DNA from: Candidatus Saccharimonadales bacterium
GTDB lineage: Bacteria > Patescibacteriota > Saccharimonadia > Saccharimonadales > UBA4665
Direction: 5' to 3'
DNA length: 64,000 nucleotides
Assembly: GCA_035510455.1 (NCBI GenBank)
Contig: DATKHB010000027.1
Coordinates: 373-64,372 of the forward strand
Below, one piece after another: positions 30,628 through 39,541 of the stretch (position 1 is the stretch's first letter; every line of letters begins with the position of its first letter). Below the pieces are notes generated by a model. The model was not told the origin of the DNA. It ran no database searches and saw only the letters and a list, made by a program, of their open reading frames with translations. The translations under genes and the position numbers were made by a program.

Positions 30628-31299
30628 CTATGCCTTGACTAATTTACCATCTTTTAATTTAAACGTTACGTCTGTTTTGCCGGCGATAGATAAGTCGTGG
30701 GTGACCGTGATGATAGTAGTATTCTCACTACGAGCTAAATCATGCAGTAAGTTAAAAATCATTTTGCCGGTTTGACTATCAAGATTACCCGTTGGCTCAT
30801 CAGCCAGTATTAACTGTGGTTTATTAGCGAGGGCTCGAGCGATCGCTACCCGCTGTTGCTCACCGCCGCTAAGTCGTCCCGGCTTGCGCGTTTGTTTATC
30901 GTCGGTTAGTCCAACTTGGTTAAGCAGATGAGCTGCACGTTCAATGCGCTCTTTCTTCGGCACTTTGGCAAACTCCATAGGTAGCATAACGTTTTCTAAG
31001 GCAGTTAAATTTGGCACTAGGTTATAGCTTTGAAAGACAAAACCTATCTTCCCGCCGCGATATTTAATTAATGAGCGATCGCGCAATTTAGTTATATCCT
31101 GTTCACCGACCATTATATTGCCGCTTGTCGGTTTATCCAGCGCCCCAAGCAGACTAAGCAGGGTACTCTTGCCGCTACCGCTCTTGCCTACGATTGATAC
31201 AAACTGTCCGTCTTCTATGCTAAGACTTACATCATTGACTGCTATGACGTTAACGTCACCAGACTTAAAAACTTTCTTTAGTTCTTTGACTTGTAACAT
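30628..31299 (-). CDS. ABC transporter ATP-binding protein (MacB/LolD type)
   Basis: Walker [10 protein letters not shown], signature [14 protein letters not shown], Walker [13 protein letters not shown]. Confidence 0.9.
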   Translation of the reverse strand: MLQVKELKKVFKSGDVNVIAVNDVSLSIEDGQFVSIVGKSGSGKSTLLSLLGALDKPTSGNIMVGEQDITKLRDRSLIKYRGGKIGFVFQSYNLVPNLTALENVMLPMEFAKVPKKERIERAAHLLNQVGLTDDKQTRKPGRLSGGEQQRVAIARALANKPQLILADEPTGNLDSQTGKMIFNLLHDLARSENTTIITVTHDLSIAGKTDVTFKLKDGKLVKA

Positions 31300-31300
31300 A

Positions 31301-32707
31301 TTATTCCGTCCTCATGACCTCGGCTGGTCTTATTTTTGATATGAAATACGACGCTAAAGCGCTCCCAATAACAGCGATTACAACGGCTGCTGCTATGCCG
31401 TATAGAATGATATCCCAGCCAACGGTACCGTGAATGCTCGAGAAAGTGTTTCTGACTCCACCGACGGCGTGTCTAATACCGCCCCCGAACCCGCTGAAGC
31501 TTCTGCCGCCCCCGCTGCCAGTTACAAGTGTAGGCCCTGCGGTAGAAATGCCAGCGGGAGCGCTGGTAGTTGAACTGGAGCTGTTATTAACCAGCAGTTT
31601 TGTTATAGGGTTAGCGGCTACCACACCAAGCCCGATACCAATGATTGAACCGAGCAGTGTAAGCGTTATGGCTTCTGTCATAAACTGAAACATAATTTTT
31701 ATGTTGGAAGCTCCAATAGCTTTAATAACTCCGATTTCCCGGCGGCGTTCACGCACAATCATAATCATGGTAAGCAAAATAATAACCGACCCGGCTATAA
31801 CTGCTCCGATCAAGCTATAAACAGAAATGGTCTGAATGTTCTTCAGCGGGGCAACTGTTGTCTGAGCTTGCTGGGCGCTGTTGGTCACATCTGCCGCAGA
31901 ACCAAGTTGCTTTTGGATTGCGGCTGTGACCGAGTTAACATTCCCGACCGAGTCAACATAAACCGTGGCGCTGGTAATATCATTAGTCAGGCCGGATAGT
32001 TTTTGAGTAGTAGCCAACGGCATGATTACTTGGTTGTTCGAGAACGTATTGCCGGCATCGAAAATACCATCAACAGTAATAGTAGTACTGTAGGCGGTAA
32101 AGGTTGAACCTAGTTTCAAACTGTTCTTGGACGCCAAGCTGCTCCCGACGAGTGCAACGTCAGATGTGCTATTAGACGAGAAAACCGTGCCAGATGTTAG
32201 CTTGAATGTGCCGCCGCCTTGGGTCACGCCAAGGTTTGTCGGATCATTAGTGCCAAGTACGGTTATTGGTGGAGTGAAGGAAAATGTACCACCACCCGAT
32301 CCACCGCCAAATGTAGTCGGACCGTTAAAGGTTTGCCCGCTATTGCCAGCAAAACGCTGACCGAGTGAGCCGGCGCTAATCGCTGATACAAGATTACTGT
32401 TAGAAGTTGTTAGGCGGTCACTTACACTCTTATCGATTGCCGTCACATGGGGAAGTTTCTGGACAAAAGCAAGTTGGGTATCGGTAAGGGGATTGCCGCC
32501 GCCTTCAAAACCTCTAACGCCCGCAGGGCTAACGGTAATGGTGTTATCAACCGAACCCTCTACCGAAGTTATTTTTTTGCCGACGGCCTGGTGAGCAACC
32601 AGCATCGATAAAGCGAGCCCCATGCTTAGCCCCAGTATGACAACAATTGAGAAAGTTCGTATCTGATTTCGAAATGCATTACGAATCCCTCGGCTTATTA
32701 CATTCAT
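31301..32707 (-). CDS. ABC transporter permease, FtsX/MacB family
   Basis: N-terminal TM helix, large extracytoplasmic domain and C-terminal FtsX-type helices (REIGVIKAIGAS). A Gly/Ser-rich insertion sits between the last helices. Confidence 0.8.
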   Translation of the reverse strand: MNVISRGIRNAFRNQIRTFSIVVILGLSMGLALSMLVAHQAVGKKITSVEGSVDNTITVSPAGVRGFEGGGNPLTDTQLAFVQKLPHVTAIDKSVSDRLTTSNSNLVSAISAGSLGQRFAGNSGQTFNGPTTFGGGSGGGTFSFTPPITVLGTNDPTNLGVTQGGGTFKLTSGTVFSSNSTSDVALVGSSLASKNSLKLGSTFTAYSTTITVDGIFDAGNTFSNNQVIMPLATTQKLSGLTNDITSATVYVDSVGNVNSVTAAIQKQLGSAADVTNSAQQAQTTVAPLKNIQTISVYSLIGAVIAGSVIILLTMIMIVRERRREIGVIKAIGASNIKIMFQFMTEAITLTLLGSIIGIGLGVVAANPITKLLVNNSSSSTTSAPAGISTAGPTLVTGSGGGRSFSGFGGGIRHAVGGVRNTFSSIHGTVGWDIILYGIAAAVVIAVIGSALASYFISKIRPAEVMRTE

Positions 32708-32848
32708 AGTTTTTCCTCTTCGGATGAATTAATGTTTGACTTGAACTTTAGTCGCTTATCCTGAAAGTTAGCTTAAAGTTTGGTCATTATCAAATATTTA
32801 CAGGCTGGAGTACTTTGGTTAAGCTGATTGCTATAATTGATAGCGTTA

Positions 32849-33829
32849 ATGGTTAATAAAATAGACAAACCAAAAGTTAAGTCTGCGCGCTCTAGTATTG
32901 GTCTAAGTATTCGCAAGGTCGTTTTATTATTGTTTGCGTTATTTTTTATTTATCTCATACTACCGCAGATTGGCGAGTTCCACGTAAGCTTTAATATAGT
33001 TAGGCACGCAAAAGTAGGGTGGGTAGTTGGTGCGGTTGTACTTTCTTTGCTGACGTATCAATTCACCGTGTCCACCTATTTATTGATTGCTAAAAAGAAG
33101 CTTTATTATTTTCGAACTTTGTTAGTGCAATTAGCCAGTTCGTTTGCCAACCGGTTAATCCCCGCGGGTGTAGGAGCTATTGGTATTAACTATCGGTATC
33201 TCCGTAAAAATGACCACTCTGTTAGTGAAGCCAGCGCTGTGGTAGCTGTCAATAATACTCTGGGAATAGTCGGTCATCTTATACTACTTGGTTTGGTATT
33301 TAACTTTGTCCCATTGAAGGATATTAAGCTCCACGTCTCCTTGCCTCATATCGCTACCCCAATTTATTGGATAATTGCCGGCGCCATTTTAGTGGCTATC
33401 GGGGTGTCGGCGCTATGGGCCAAAAAAGCTGGCCGAAATTTTGATCTCAAACTCATAAACTTATTCAAAAATATAGCTGCTTATCGTGGCCACCCGCTTA
33501 GATTGTTAGGCGCCGTAGTATGCATGATGGCTTCGACAAGCATGTCAGTTCTTTGTCTATTGCTATGTGCTCACTCCCTAGGCTTTAATATATCTTTTAT
33601 TTCGTCACTAATTATTCTTACATTCGGAATAATCGGAGGGGCCGTAGTACCGACCCCGGGCGGCTTAGGAGGAGCCGAGGCGGGATTATTCGCTGGGCTC
33701 CTAGCTTACGGCGCTGATCGGCCAGAAGCCTTAGCCGTAGCTCTTAGCTACCGATTTATAACCTATTGGTTTGCTCTAGTATATGGTCTAGCAGCTATGG
33801 TAGTTGCCGAACGGGCCGGTTACTTGTAG
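32849..33829 (+). CDS. flippase-like / LPG-synthase-TM (UPF0104) family membrane protein
   Basis: Multiple TM helices and the characteristic PTPGGLGGAEAG motif. The ATG at 32849 is preferred over the track TTG at 32837. Confidence 0.7.
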   Translation: MVNKIDKPKVKSARSSIGLSIRKVVLLLFALFFIYLILPQIGEFHVSFNIVRHAKVGWVVGAVVLSLLTYQFTVSTYLLIAKKKLYYFRTLLVQLASSFANRLIPAGVGAIGINYRYLRKNDHSVSEASAVVAVNNTLGIVGHLILLGLVFNFVPLKDIKLHVSLPHIATPIYWIIAGAILVAIGVSALWAKKAGRNFDLKLINLFKNIAAYRGHPLRLLGAVVCMMASTSMSVLCLLLCAHSLGFNISFISSLIILTFGIIGGAVVPTPGGLGGAEAGLFAGLLAYGADRPEALAVALSYRFITYWFALVYGLAAMVVAERAGYL

Positions 33830-33914
33830 AACTTAAATGTTTATCCTGTTGCTCGATTGGACTAACTAATAGTTGAAAGATATAATTCGAGACAGCTTAG
33901 GGTAAAAATAACTT

Positions 33915-36413
33915 ATGAAGACCAAAACTGATTTACTAGCAAAACTAGACACTAAACAGCTAGCAGAAGAGCTAAAAACTTCAACCGAAGGATTAACCAG
34001 TGCTGAGGCTCGAGAGCGATTAAAAACAGACGGTCCGAACGTTCTGACAACTAAAAGAAGAACAACCTCACTGCAGCTGATTGTTAAGCAATTTCGAAGC
34101 TCGCTAATTTATATGTTGCTAATCGCTGCCCTACTGTCGTTTATTCTCCATGATAATAACGACGGCATAGTAATTACAGCTATCCTTCTTATTAACACTG
34201 GCCTAGGTTTCTACCAAGAATATAAGTCCGAAAAAGCTATTGAAAAGCTCCAAAAACTAATCAGCCGGGAAGTATTAGTTAAAAGGGATGGCAAAGAAGC
34301 CCTGATTGCCGAACATTTGCTGGTTAATGGCGATCTAGTTGTGCTTAGGGAGGGGGACATTGTCCCTGCTGATATTAGATTGTTTGGTACAGATGACTTT
34401 AGCGTTAACGAATCGCAATTGACTGGCGAATCCCAGCCGGTAATAAAAAGCGACCTAGGGCCGAACTCGATTGCTTATGCCGGTAGTACCGTTGAACAAG
34501 GGGAGGGGCATGGCTTCGTATATGCTGTTGGCGTAAACACCGAGCTAGGCAAGATCGCCCATTTATCGACTACCACTAAACGAGTTACCCAGTATGAACA
34601 ATCTTTAGCATCATTCAGTTCGTTCTTGGTGAAGGTGACTTTTCTAACGCTAGTTATGGTTTTTGTTCTGAAAATTATACTGACTCATGGCCATTCCGAT
34701 ATATCTTCGTTAACTTTATTCATTATCGTTCTGGCAATAGCCGTAGTACCTGAAGCATTACCGGTAATCGCGACCGTGACTTTATCCAGGGGGGCGCTTA
34801 ACCTTGCCAAAAAGCACGTTATTGCCAAAACCTTAACAGCCGTTGAGGACCTCGGTAATATAAATATTCTCTGCAGTGACAAGACCGGAACTTTGACTCA
34901 AAACGAGTTGACAATTACTAAACTAACTTCTGACGACCCGGAACTTTTCCAGCGGCTATCACTAGCCAGTCTAGATACTATGGACGAGAAACGAAAGAAG
35001 TTTCAAAGCTCATTCGACAAGGCCTTTATTAAATACGCGCCTGATAGTATCAAAGACCAAGTAAGTTCATATAAAAGACAAGACGAGTTGCCTTTTGATC
35101 CGGCTGCCAGAAGGAGAAGAGTTGTTTTTTCAAATGGCGACAAAGATTACCTAGTGGAAGTTGGTTCGGTAGAAACACTACTTCTTTTAACTAAGGACCG
35201 TAATCATGAGAAGTACAGTCAAATTATAAAAAAAGATGGCAAGATAGGGCTTAGGCATCTTGGCATCGCCTACAAAGAGGTAAAGTATCATCCCAAATTT
35301 GATATTCTATCAAACGAGGACGGACTAAAGTTCGCCGGCTTTGTAGCCTTGGAGGATCCGCTCCGACCGAGCGCTAAGCACACGATTAACCTTGCCGAAA
35401 AACTTGGAGTCGTGATTAAAATTCTTTCAGGGGATAGTCGGGAAGTTACGCAGTATGTGGCCAGCGAAGTCGGTCTTATTGGGGATGACCAAATTGTTTA
35501 TATTGGCGACGAAATAGAAGCCATGAGCGACAGTGAACTTAGTGAGGCTGTCCAGAAGAACAATGCATTTGCTCGATTGAAGCCCGAACAAAAATACCGA
35601 ATTATTAAGTTGCTCAAACTCCAAGGAAACGTAGTCGGTTACCAAGGTGATGGTATAAATGATGCACCGGCACTGAAATTAGCAGATGTAGCAATTGCCG
35701 TCAATAATGCCACTGACGTCGCTCAAGATAGTGCTGACATTTTGCTCCTCAGAAATGATATTGGCGTGATCATCAATGGTATTAAATTTGGCCGGACAAT
35801 CTTCTCTAACATTAATAAATATATTCGTTATACCATGATTGGTAATTTTGGTAATTTCTTTGCTTTAAGTGCCCTCTATTTGCTATCGGCTAATTTACCG
35901 CTTCTTACCATCCAGTTGCTGCTGACCAATTTATTAGGCGATGTGCCTCTGATAACTATTTCGACCGACAACGTGGAGCTTAGTGAGCTTAATAGGCCAA
36001 GTAAATATAGCACCCGTTCACTATTATTCATTTCGATGTTCCTCGGTACATTTACAGCGCTGTTTGAGCTCTTTTTCTTCGCCATAGTAAAGAGTCAGCC
36101 TGTACCCATCGCTCAAACCAGCCTGTACCTATATCTAACCATTATGGGACTAGTTATTATTTTATCGGTCCGCAACCGCGGGCATTTCTGGAAGGCGCCT
36201 AAGCTTTCCTCGGCTCTTAAAATTTCTTTTTGCAGCGTGGCGGTTATAACGGTTGCCATGATTTATTTTGGACCATCAAAACACCTGTTCTCATTTGCGC
36301 CTCTTTCGATAGGTATGCTAAGTATCGTGGCCGCCATGACCCTTTTATATAACATGGTCTTAGACACCATTAAAGTTTGGTTCTACAAATCAAAGATTAG
36401 TTCTATATCCTAG
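33915..36413 (+). CDS. cation-transporting P-type ATPase (type II/III, Ca2+/Mg2+-like)
   Basis: DKTGTLT phosphorylation site, TGES, GDGINDAPAL, and N-terminal LTSAEARERL cation-ATPase motif. Confidence 0.88.
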   Translation: MKTKTDLLAKLDTKQLAEELKTSTEGLTSAEARERLKTDGPNVLTTKRRTTSLQLIVKQFRSSLIYMLLIAALLSFILHDNNDGIVITAILLINTGLGFYQEYKSEKAIEKLQKLISREVLVKRDGKEALIAEHLLVNGDLVVLREGDIVPADIRLFGTDDFSVNESQLTGESQPVIKSDLGPNSIAYAGSTVEQGEGHGFVYAVGVNTELGKIAHLSTTTKRVTQYEQSLASFSSFLVKVTFLTLVMVFVLKIILTHGHSDISSLTLFIIVLAIAVVPEALPVIATVTLSRGALNLAKKHVIAKTLTAVEDLGNINILCSDKTGTLTQNELTITKLTSDDPELFQRLSLASLDTMDEKRKKFQSSFDKAFIKYAPDSIKDQVSSYKRQDELPFDPAARRRRVVFSNGDKDYLVEVGSVETLLLLTKDRNHEKYSQIIKKDGKIGLRHLGIAYKEVKYHPKFDILSNEDGLKFAGFVALEDPLRPSAKHTINLAEKLGVVIKILSGDSREVTQYVASEVGLIGDDQIVYIGDEIEAMSDSELSEAVQKNNAFARLKPEQKYRIIKLLKLQGNVVGYQGDGINDAPALKLADVAIAVNNATDVAQDSADILLLRNDIGVIINGIKFGRTIFSNINKYIRYTMIGNFGNFFALSALYLLSANLPLLTIQLLLTNLLGDVPLITISTDNVELSELNRPSKYSTRSLLFISMFLGTFTALFELFFFAIVKSQPVPIAQTSLYLYLTIMGLVIILSVRNRGHFWKAPKLSSALKISFCSVAVITVAMIYFGPSKHLFSFAPLSIGMLSIVAAMTLLYNMVLDTIKVWFYKSKISSIS

Positions 36414-36502
36414 ACAGACAAAAGACTTTTTAAATTAGCATAGAATTCGTTAAGCTTATATTAAGTTTTCTGTAATACGATAGTATTTACTTGGCTTTAA
36501 CG

Positions 36503-37315
36503 ATGAAGAAGAACAATAAATTATTACCATTCTTATTAATAGTAGTCCTAAGCTCCGGAGCAGGCTTCCTCGGCGGTCTTATTTCTTCGCACCTAAAGGC
36601 TGATTCGGCTGATACGTTTTCGAGTATTGTGTCTCCGTCAAATACCAGCTCCTTGGCCGCCGAGTCCAATACTGACACTATAAAAAGTGACTATCAGCAG
36701 ACTTCAGCGAGCGTAGTAAGCGTCTCTACTCAAAGTACGACTTATGATCTTTTCGGAAATGCCCAAACTGAGCAGGGCGAAGGTACCGGCATGATACTTA
36801 CTTCTAACGGCTATATCTTGACTAATAAGCATGTTGTCCCAGAGGGGGCTCAGAGTGTTAGTGTGACCACCGAAAACAATGCCCAATACGTGGCTACCGT
36901 TATTGCGCTTGATCCCAATAATGACTTAGCGCTTATAAAAATCAACGCTAGTAACTTAACTCCCATTAAATTGGGCGACTCTAGTCAGGAGCAGGTCGGG
37001 GACAGTGTTATTGCTATCGGGAATGCCTTAGGACAGTTTCAAAATACTCTAGACCAAGGCATTATTTCCGGCCTGAACCGCTCGATTAGCGCAGGTGATA
37101 ATGGCCTAGACCAAGAATCTCTGTCCGGATTATTGCAGACGGATGCCGCGATTAACCCAGGTAACTCTGGTGGTCCGTTGGTTGATGTCGCTTCCGACAC
37201 TGTTATTGGCATAAATACGGCTATATCTAGCACCGGGCAAGATCTAGGCTTTGCTATTCCAATCGATCAAGTAAAATCTTTCATTGCTCCTTACGTATCA
37301 TCAGTAAGCACCTAA
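36503..37315 (+). CDS. secreted trypsin-like serine protease (HtrA-like, no PDZ domain)
   Basis: Catalytic triad contexts TNKHVV, NDLALIKI and GNSGGPLVD, with an N-terminal signal/anchor. The ATG at 36503 is preferred over TTG 36491. Confidence 0.85.
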   Translation: MKKNNKLLPFLLIVVLSSGAGFLGGLISSHLKADSADTFSSIVSPSNTSSLAAESNTDTIKSDYQQTSASVVSVSTQSTTYDLFGNAQTEQGEGTGMILTSNGYILTNKHVVPEGAQSVSVTTENNAQYVATVIALDPNNDLALIKINASNLTPIKLGDSSQEQVGDSVIAIGNALGQFQNTLDQGIISGLNRSISAGDNGLDQESLSGLLQTDAAINPGNSGGPLVDVASDTVIGINTAISSTGQDLGFAIPIDQVKSFIAPYVSSVST

Positions 37316-37394
37316 ATTATCCGAACCCATTTAATTAGTTCTAGAACTTCTGTCAGATATTGCTTATAATACGATTGTTAAGGGTTAAGTCTAT

Positions 37395-37424
37395 TTGACT
37401 AAAACTTAACTTTAAGTTTATAAT
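37395..37424 (+). promoter_or_regulatory. strong sigma70-type promoter (TTGACT-18 nt-TATAAT) heading the repeat-protein module
   Basis: TTGACT at 37395-37400 and TATAAT at 37419-37424, inside an AT-rich 178-nt intergenic region. Confidence 0.5.
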
Positions 37425-37493
37425 ATGCACAAGAATAAGTTTTCGTAAACTTAATTTCTTAATGATTAAAAATGAGGTGGGGGGGATGAGCCG

Positions 37494-37634
37494 ATGGCAC
37501 TAGATTCACTTAAAATATCATCTATTATGGGCCTTGTCTTTGGCCTAATTTCTCTTGTGGTGGCTTTCGTTGTTTTGGCAGACTCGAAGGTTGGTTTGAC
37601 GGCGACAAATATTAGTTCAAGCAATTTTAATTAG
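37494..37634 (+). CDS. 46-aa single-TM micro-protein (below the ORF-track length cutoff)
   Basis: Hand translation gives MALDSLKISSIMGLVFGLISLVVAFVVLADSKVGLTATNISSSNFN. The strong SD GAGGTGGGGGGG ends 8 nt upstream. The stop lies 18 nt before the next gene's ATG. Confidence 0.45.
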   Translation: MALDSLKISSIMGLVFGLISLVVAFVVLADSKVGLTATNISSSNFN

Positions 37635-37652
37635 ATTTTAGGAGTGTACATT

Positions 37653-38963
37653 ATGCCGGAGCATTTAGATCCTCAACGAGTCATGTTAGAAGAGCTAGCA
37701 ATAGCGGGGTATACAGATCTACAGCAACAAACAGAAACAGAGGACTTAAGCCTACCAGAACGAACAATGAGACTCCCTAGGAGGTTATCTGGGCTTAGAA
37801 GCTTTGGTGTAGCGGCTTTATCGCTGGTTTCTGTAGCCAGTTTAACCGGACGAGCTAACCCATCCGAAGGTGTAAGCCACCATTCTAAATCGTCTGTTCC
37901 TGCCGCTAGTGCCAAGCCATGGTACAGAGCGGCTGCGGGTTGTACTAGTGGGAATGACCCAGGAGTTGAATTTGAAGTGTTCGGTCTCTCATCAAGTGAC
38001 GATGATATTTCGGTGGAAGTCGGCGCTCTTGGAGGTTATTTTCAAGCAGAAGGGAGCACGTTCGAAACGTTTGTTGGTTCCCTAGAGCAGTCAGGACCCC
38101 AGGAAATTGATGTTTACGCGGGTGGAAGTTTAGTGTCGCCAGGTCATAGAACGGTCTCACTGCCAAAAACTTGTCCAGTTTCGTCTTTCGTAGGCATGGC
38201 GCCTACCCCCAACGGCGAAGGCTACTGGTTGCTTAAGAACAATCCCCTTACCAGTAAAGCTGCTGATTTTAATATGGTTGAACCTTTTGGTGACGCCAAA
38301 AACAACGGCGAAATGACAAATACTCACTCTTTGTTCTATCCTCTAGTTGACATGGCGCCTACCCCCAACGGCGAAGGCTATTGGCTGGAAGCTAGCGACG
38401 GTGTGGTATCTAAATTTGGCAACGCCAAGAACTATGGTTCAGCTGGGGAGTATCTGGTTCAATCAGATTTTGTAGGCATGGCGCCTACCCCCAACGGCGA
38501 AGGCTACTGGCAAGTAACTCGCTACGGTGTGGTATCTAAATTTGGCAACGCCGAATTATATGATACACAGAAAATACCAAGCGGTACCGACGATGTTATA
38601 GGGATTGAATCTACTCCTAGCGGCGAAGGCTACTGGCTCTTTAGTTCTACGGGCGAAGTCTGGAGTGAGGGCGATGCTAAGTGGTATGGATCAATAGAAG
38701 ACAGCCCTCTAGTCGACATGGCACCGACTTCCAACGGCGAAGGCTACTGGCTGGCTACTTCAACCGGTCACATATACCAGAGAGGTGATGCAAAGTTTTA
38801 TGGCTCTCCGGCTCATTCTAGGATAAAACTCTCTGCGCCTATAGTTAGTATTAAATCTACCCCCAACGGCGAAGGCTACTGGGCCCTAGATGGCAACGGT
38901 AAAGTGTACCCATTTGGCAACGCCAAGGATTACGGGCCAGTAACTTTAAGACCTAGAACTTAG
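37653..38963 (+). CDS. membrane-anchored protein with six blade-like repeats (putative six-bladed beta-propeller)
   Basis: 436 aa from the ATG at 37653 (TAGGAG SD; the track ORF starts at GTG 37644). A hydrophobic anchor (FGVAALSLVSVASL) follows RRLSGLR. Six repeats fit [FLVI]xx[MI]x[PS]T[PS]NGEGYW-x(6-20)-[FG]G[ND]AKxYG. Confidence 0.8.
   Translation: MPEHLDPQRVMLEELAIAGYTDLQQQTETEDLSLPERTMRLPRRLSGLRSFGVAALSLVSVASLTGRANPSEGVSHHSKSSVPAASAKPWYRAAAGCTSGNDPGVEFEVFGLSSSDDDISVEVGALGGYFQAEGSTFETFVGSLEQSGPQEIDVYAGGSLVSPGHRTVSLPKTCPVSSFVGMAPTPNGEGYWLLKNNPLTSKAADFNMVEPFGDAKNNGEMTNTHSLFYPLVDMAPTPNGEGYWLEASDGVVSKFGNAKNYGSAGEYLVQSDFVGMAPTPNGEGYWQVTRYGVVSKFGNAELYDTQKIPSGTDDVIGIESTPSGEGYWLFSSTGEVWSEGDAKWYGSIEDSPLVDMAPTSNGEGYWLATSTGHIYQRGDAKFYGSPAHSRIKLSAPIVSIKSTPNGEGYWALDGNGKVYPFGNAKDYGPVTLRPRT
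38187..38945 (+). repeat. intragenic tandem repeats (six units, roughly 117-156 nt apart) with near-identical DNA cores
   Basis: The core GGCATGGCGCCTACCCCCAACGGCGAAGGCTACTGG recurs almost exactly near 38193 and 38475. Closely related copies lie near 38351, 38620, 38717 and 38860. GGTGTGGTATCTAAATTTGGCAACGCC is also duplicated (about 38400 and 38524). Confidence 0.85.
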
Positions 38964-39050
38964 TTCTGAATGGGATTTGAAAGTTATTTGTAGTAGTTTA
39001 TAGGGTTAATTTTATTGTGCTTGAGCTTTTGGTATACTAAGCTAAAAGCT

Positions 39051-39539
39051 ATGGATGATAATAAAAAAAATGAGCCAGTGAACGGTCGTCCAAAAAATTA
39101 TTGGCGTCTACACCCTAGAGTCATAACTGGAGCTATAATCATTGTGATTTTATTGGTTGGCTATATAGGCTGGCATTATGCTAACAGTCGTAAGGAGACG
39201 CCAGACCAACAGGCAATAAATTTGATTAACAAACAACTAAAAACAACGAGCAACTCGGCAGTAGAACTGGGGCTATACCAGAGCCTAGCAACTTATTGTC
39301 AGGCCGAGAACGACCAGACCTGTACTCATCAAGCCCTGAACAATGCTGCTAAGCTAGTCCCGAATAACATCACGACCTTAACTCAGTTTGGCGATCTGGC
39401 AATGTCTAGCGGTGACAAAACCAGTGCTCTAAAATATTATACTCAAGCGCGTAATCTAATCATGCAAACTACCGGCGGGACAAATCAAAGCTTTGCACTT
39501 GAACAGATCGAGACTAAAATTAAGCAAGCCGGGGGATAA
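39051..39539 (+). CDS. single-TM protein with TPR-like helical repeat
   Basis: 162 aa from the ATG at 39051, with TM helix VITGAIIIVILLVGYIGW and TPR-like segments (ALNNAAKLVPNN..., ALKYYTQARNL). Its stop is 2 nt before the GTG of the next gene. Confidence 0.55.
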   Translation: MDDNKKNEPVNGRPKNYWRLHPRVITGAIIIVILLVGYIGWHYANSRKETPDQQAINLINKQLKTTSNSAVELGLYQSLATYCQAENDQTCTHQALNNAAKLVPNNITTLTQFGDLAMSSGDKTSALKYYTQARNLIMQTTGGTNQSFALEQIETKIKQAGG

Positions 39540-39541
39540 TA

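Noticed and set aside
37336-37347. 12-nt perfect palindrome AGTTCTAGAACT downstream of the protease gene
   Set aside because: It is too short, has no loop and no T-run, so it cannot be called a terminator. A single occurrence means no operator can be inferred.
38187-38945. Periodic near-identical ~36-nt sequences that could superficially resemble a CRISPR array
   Set aside because: The repeats lie in one long ORF in a constant frame and translate to a conserved protein motif (MAPTPNGEGYW). The intervening 'spacers' are also homologous to each other (…FGNAKNYG). There is no leader and no cas genes. These are coding tandem repeats.
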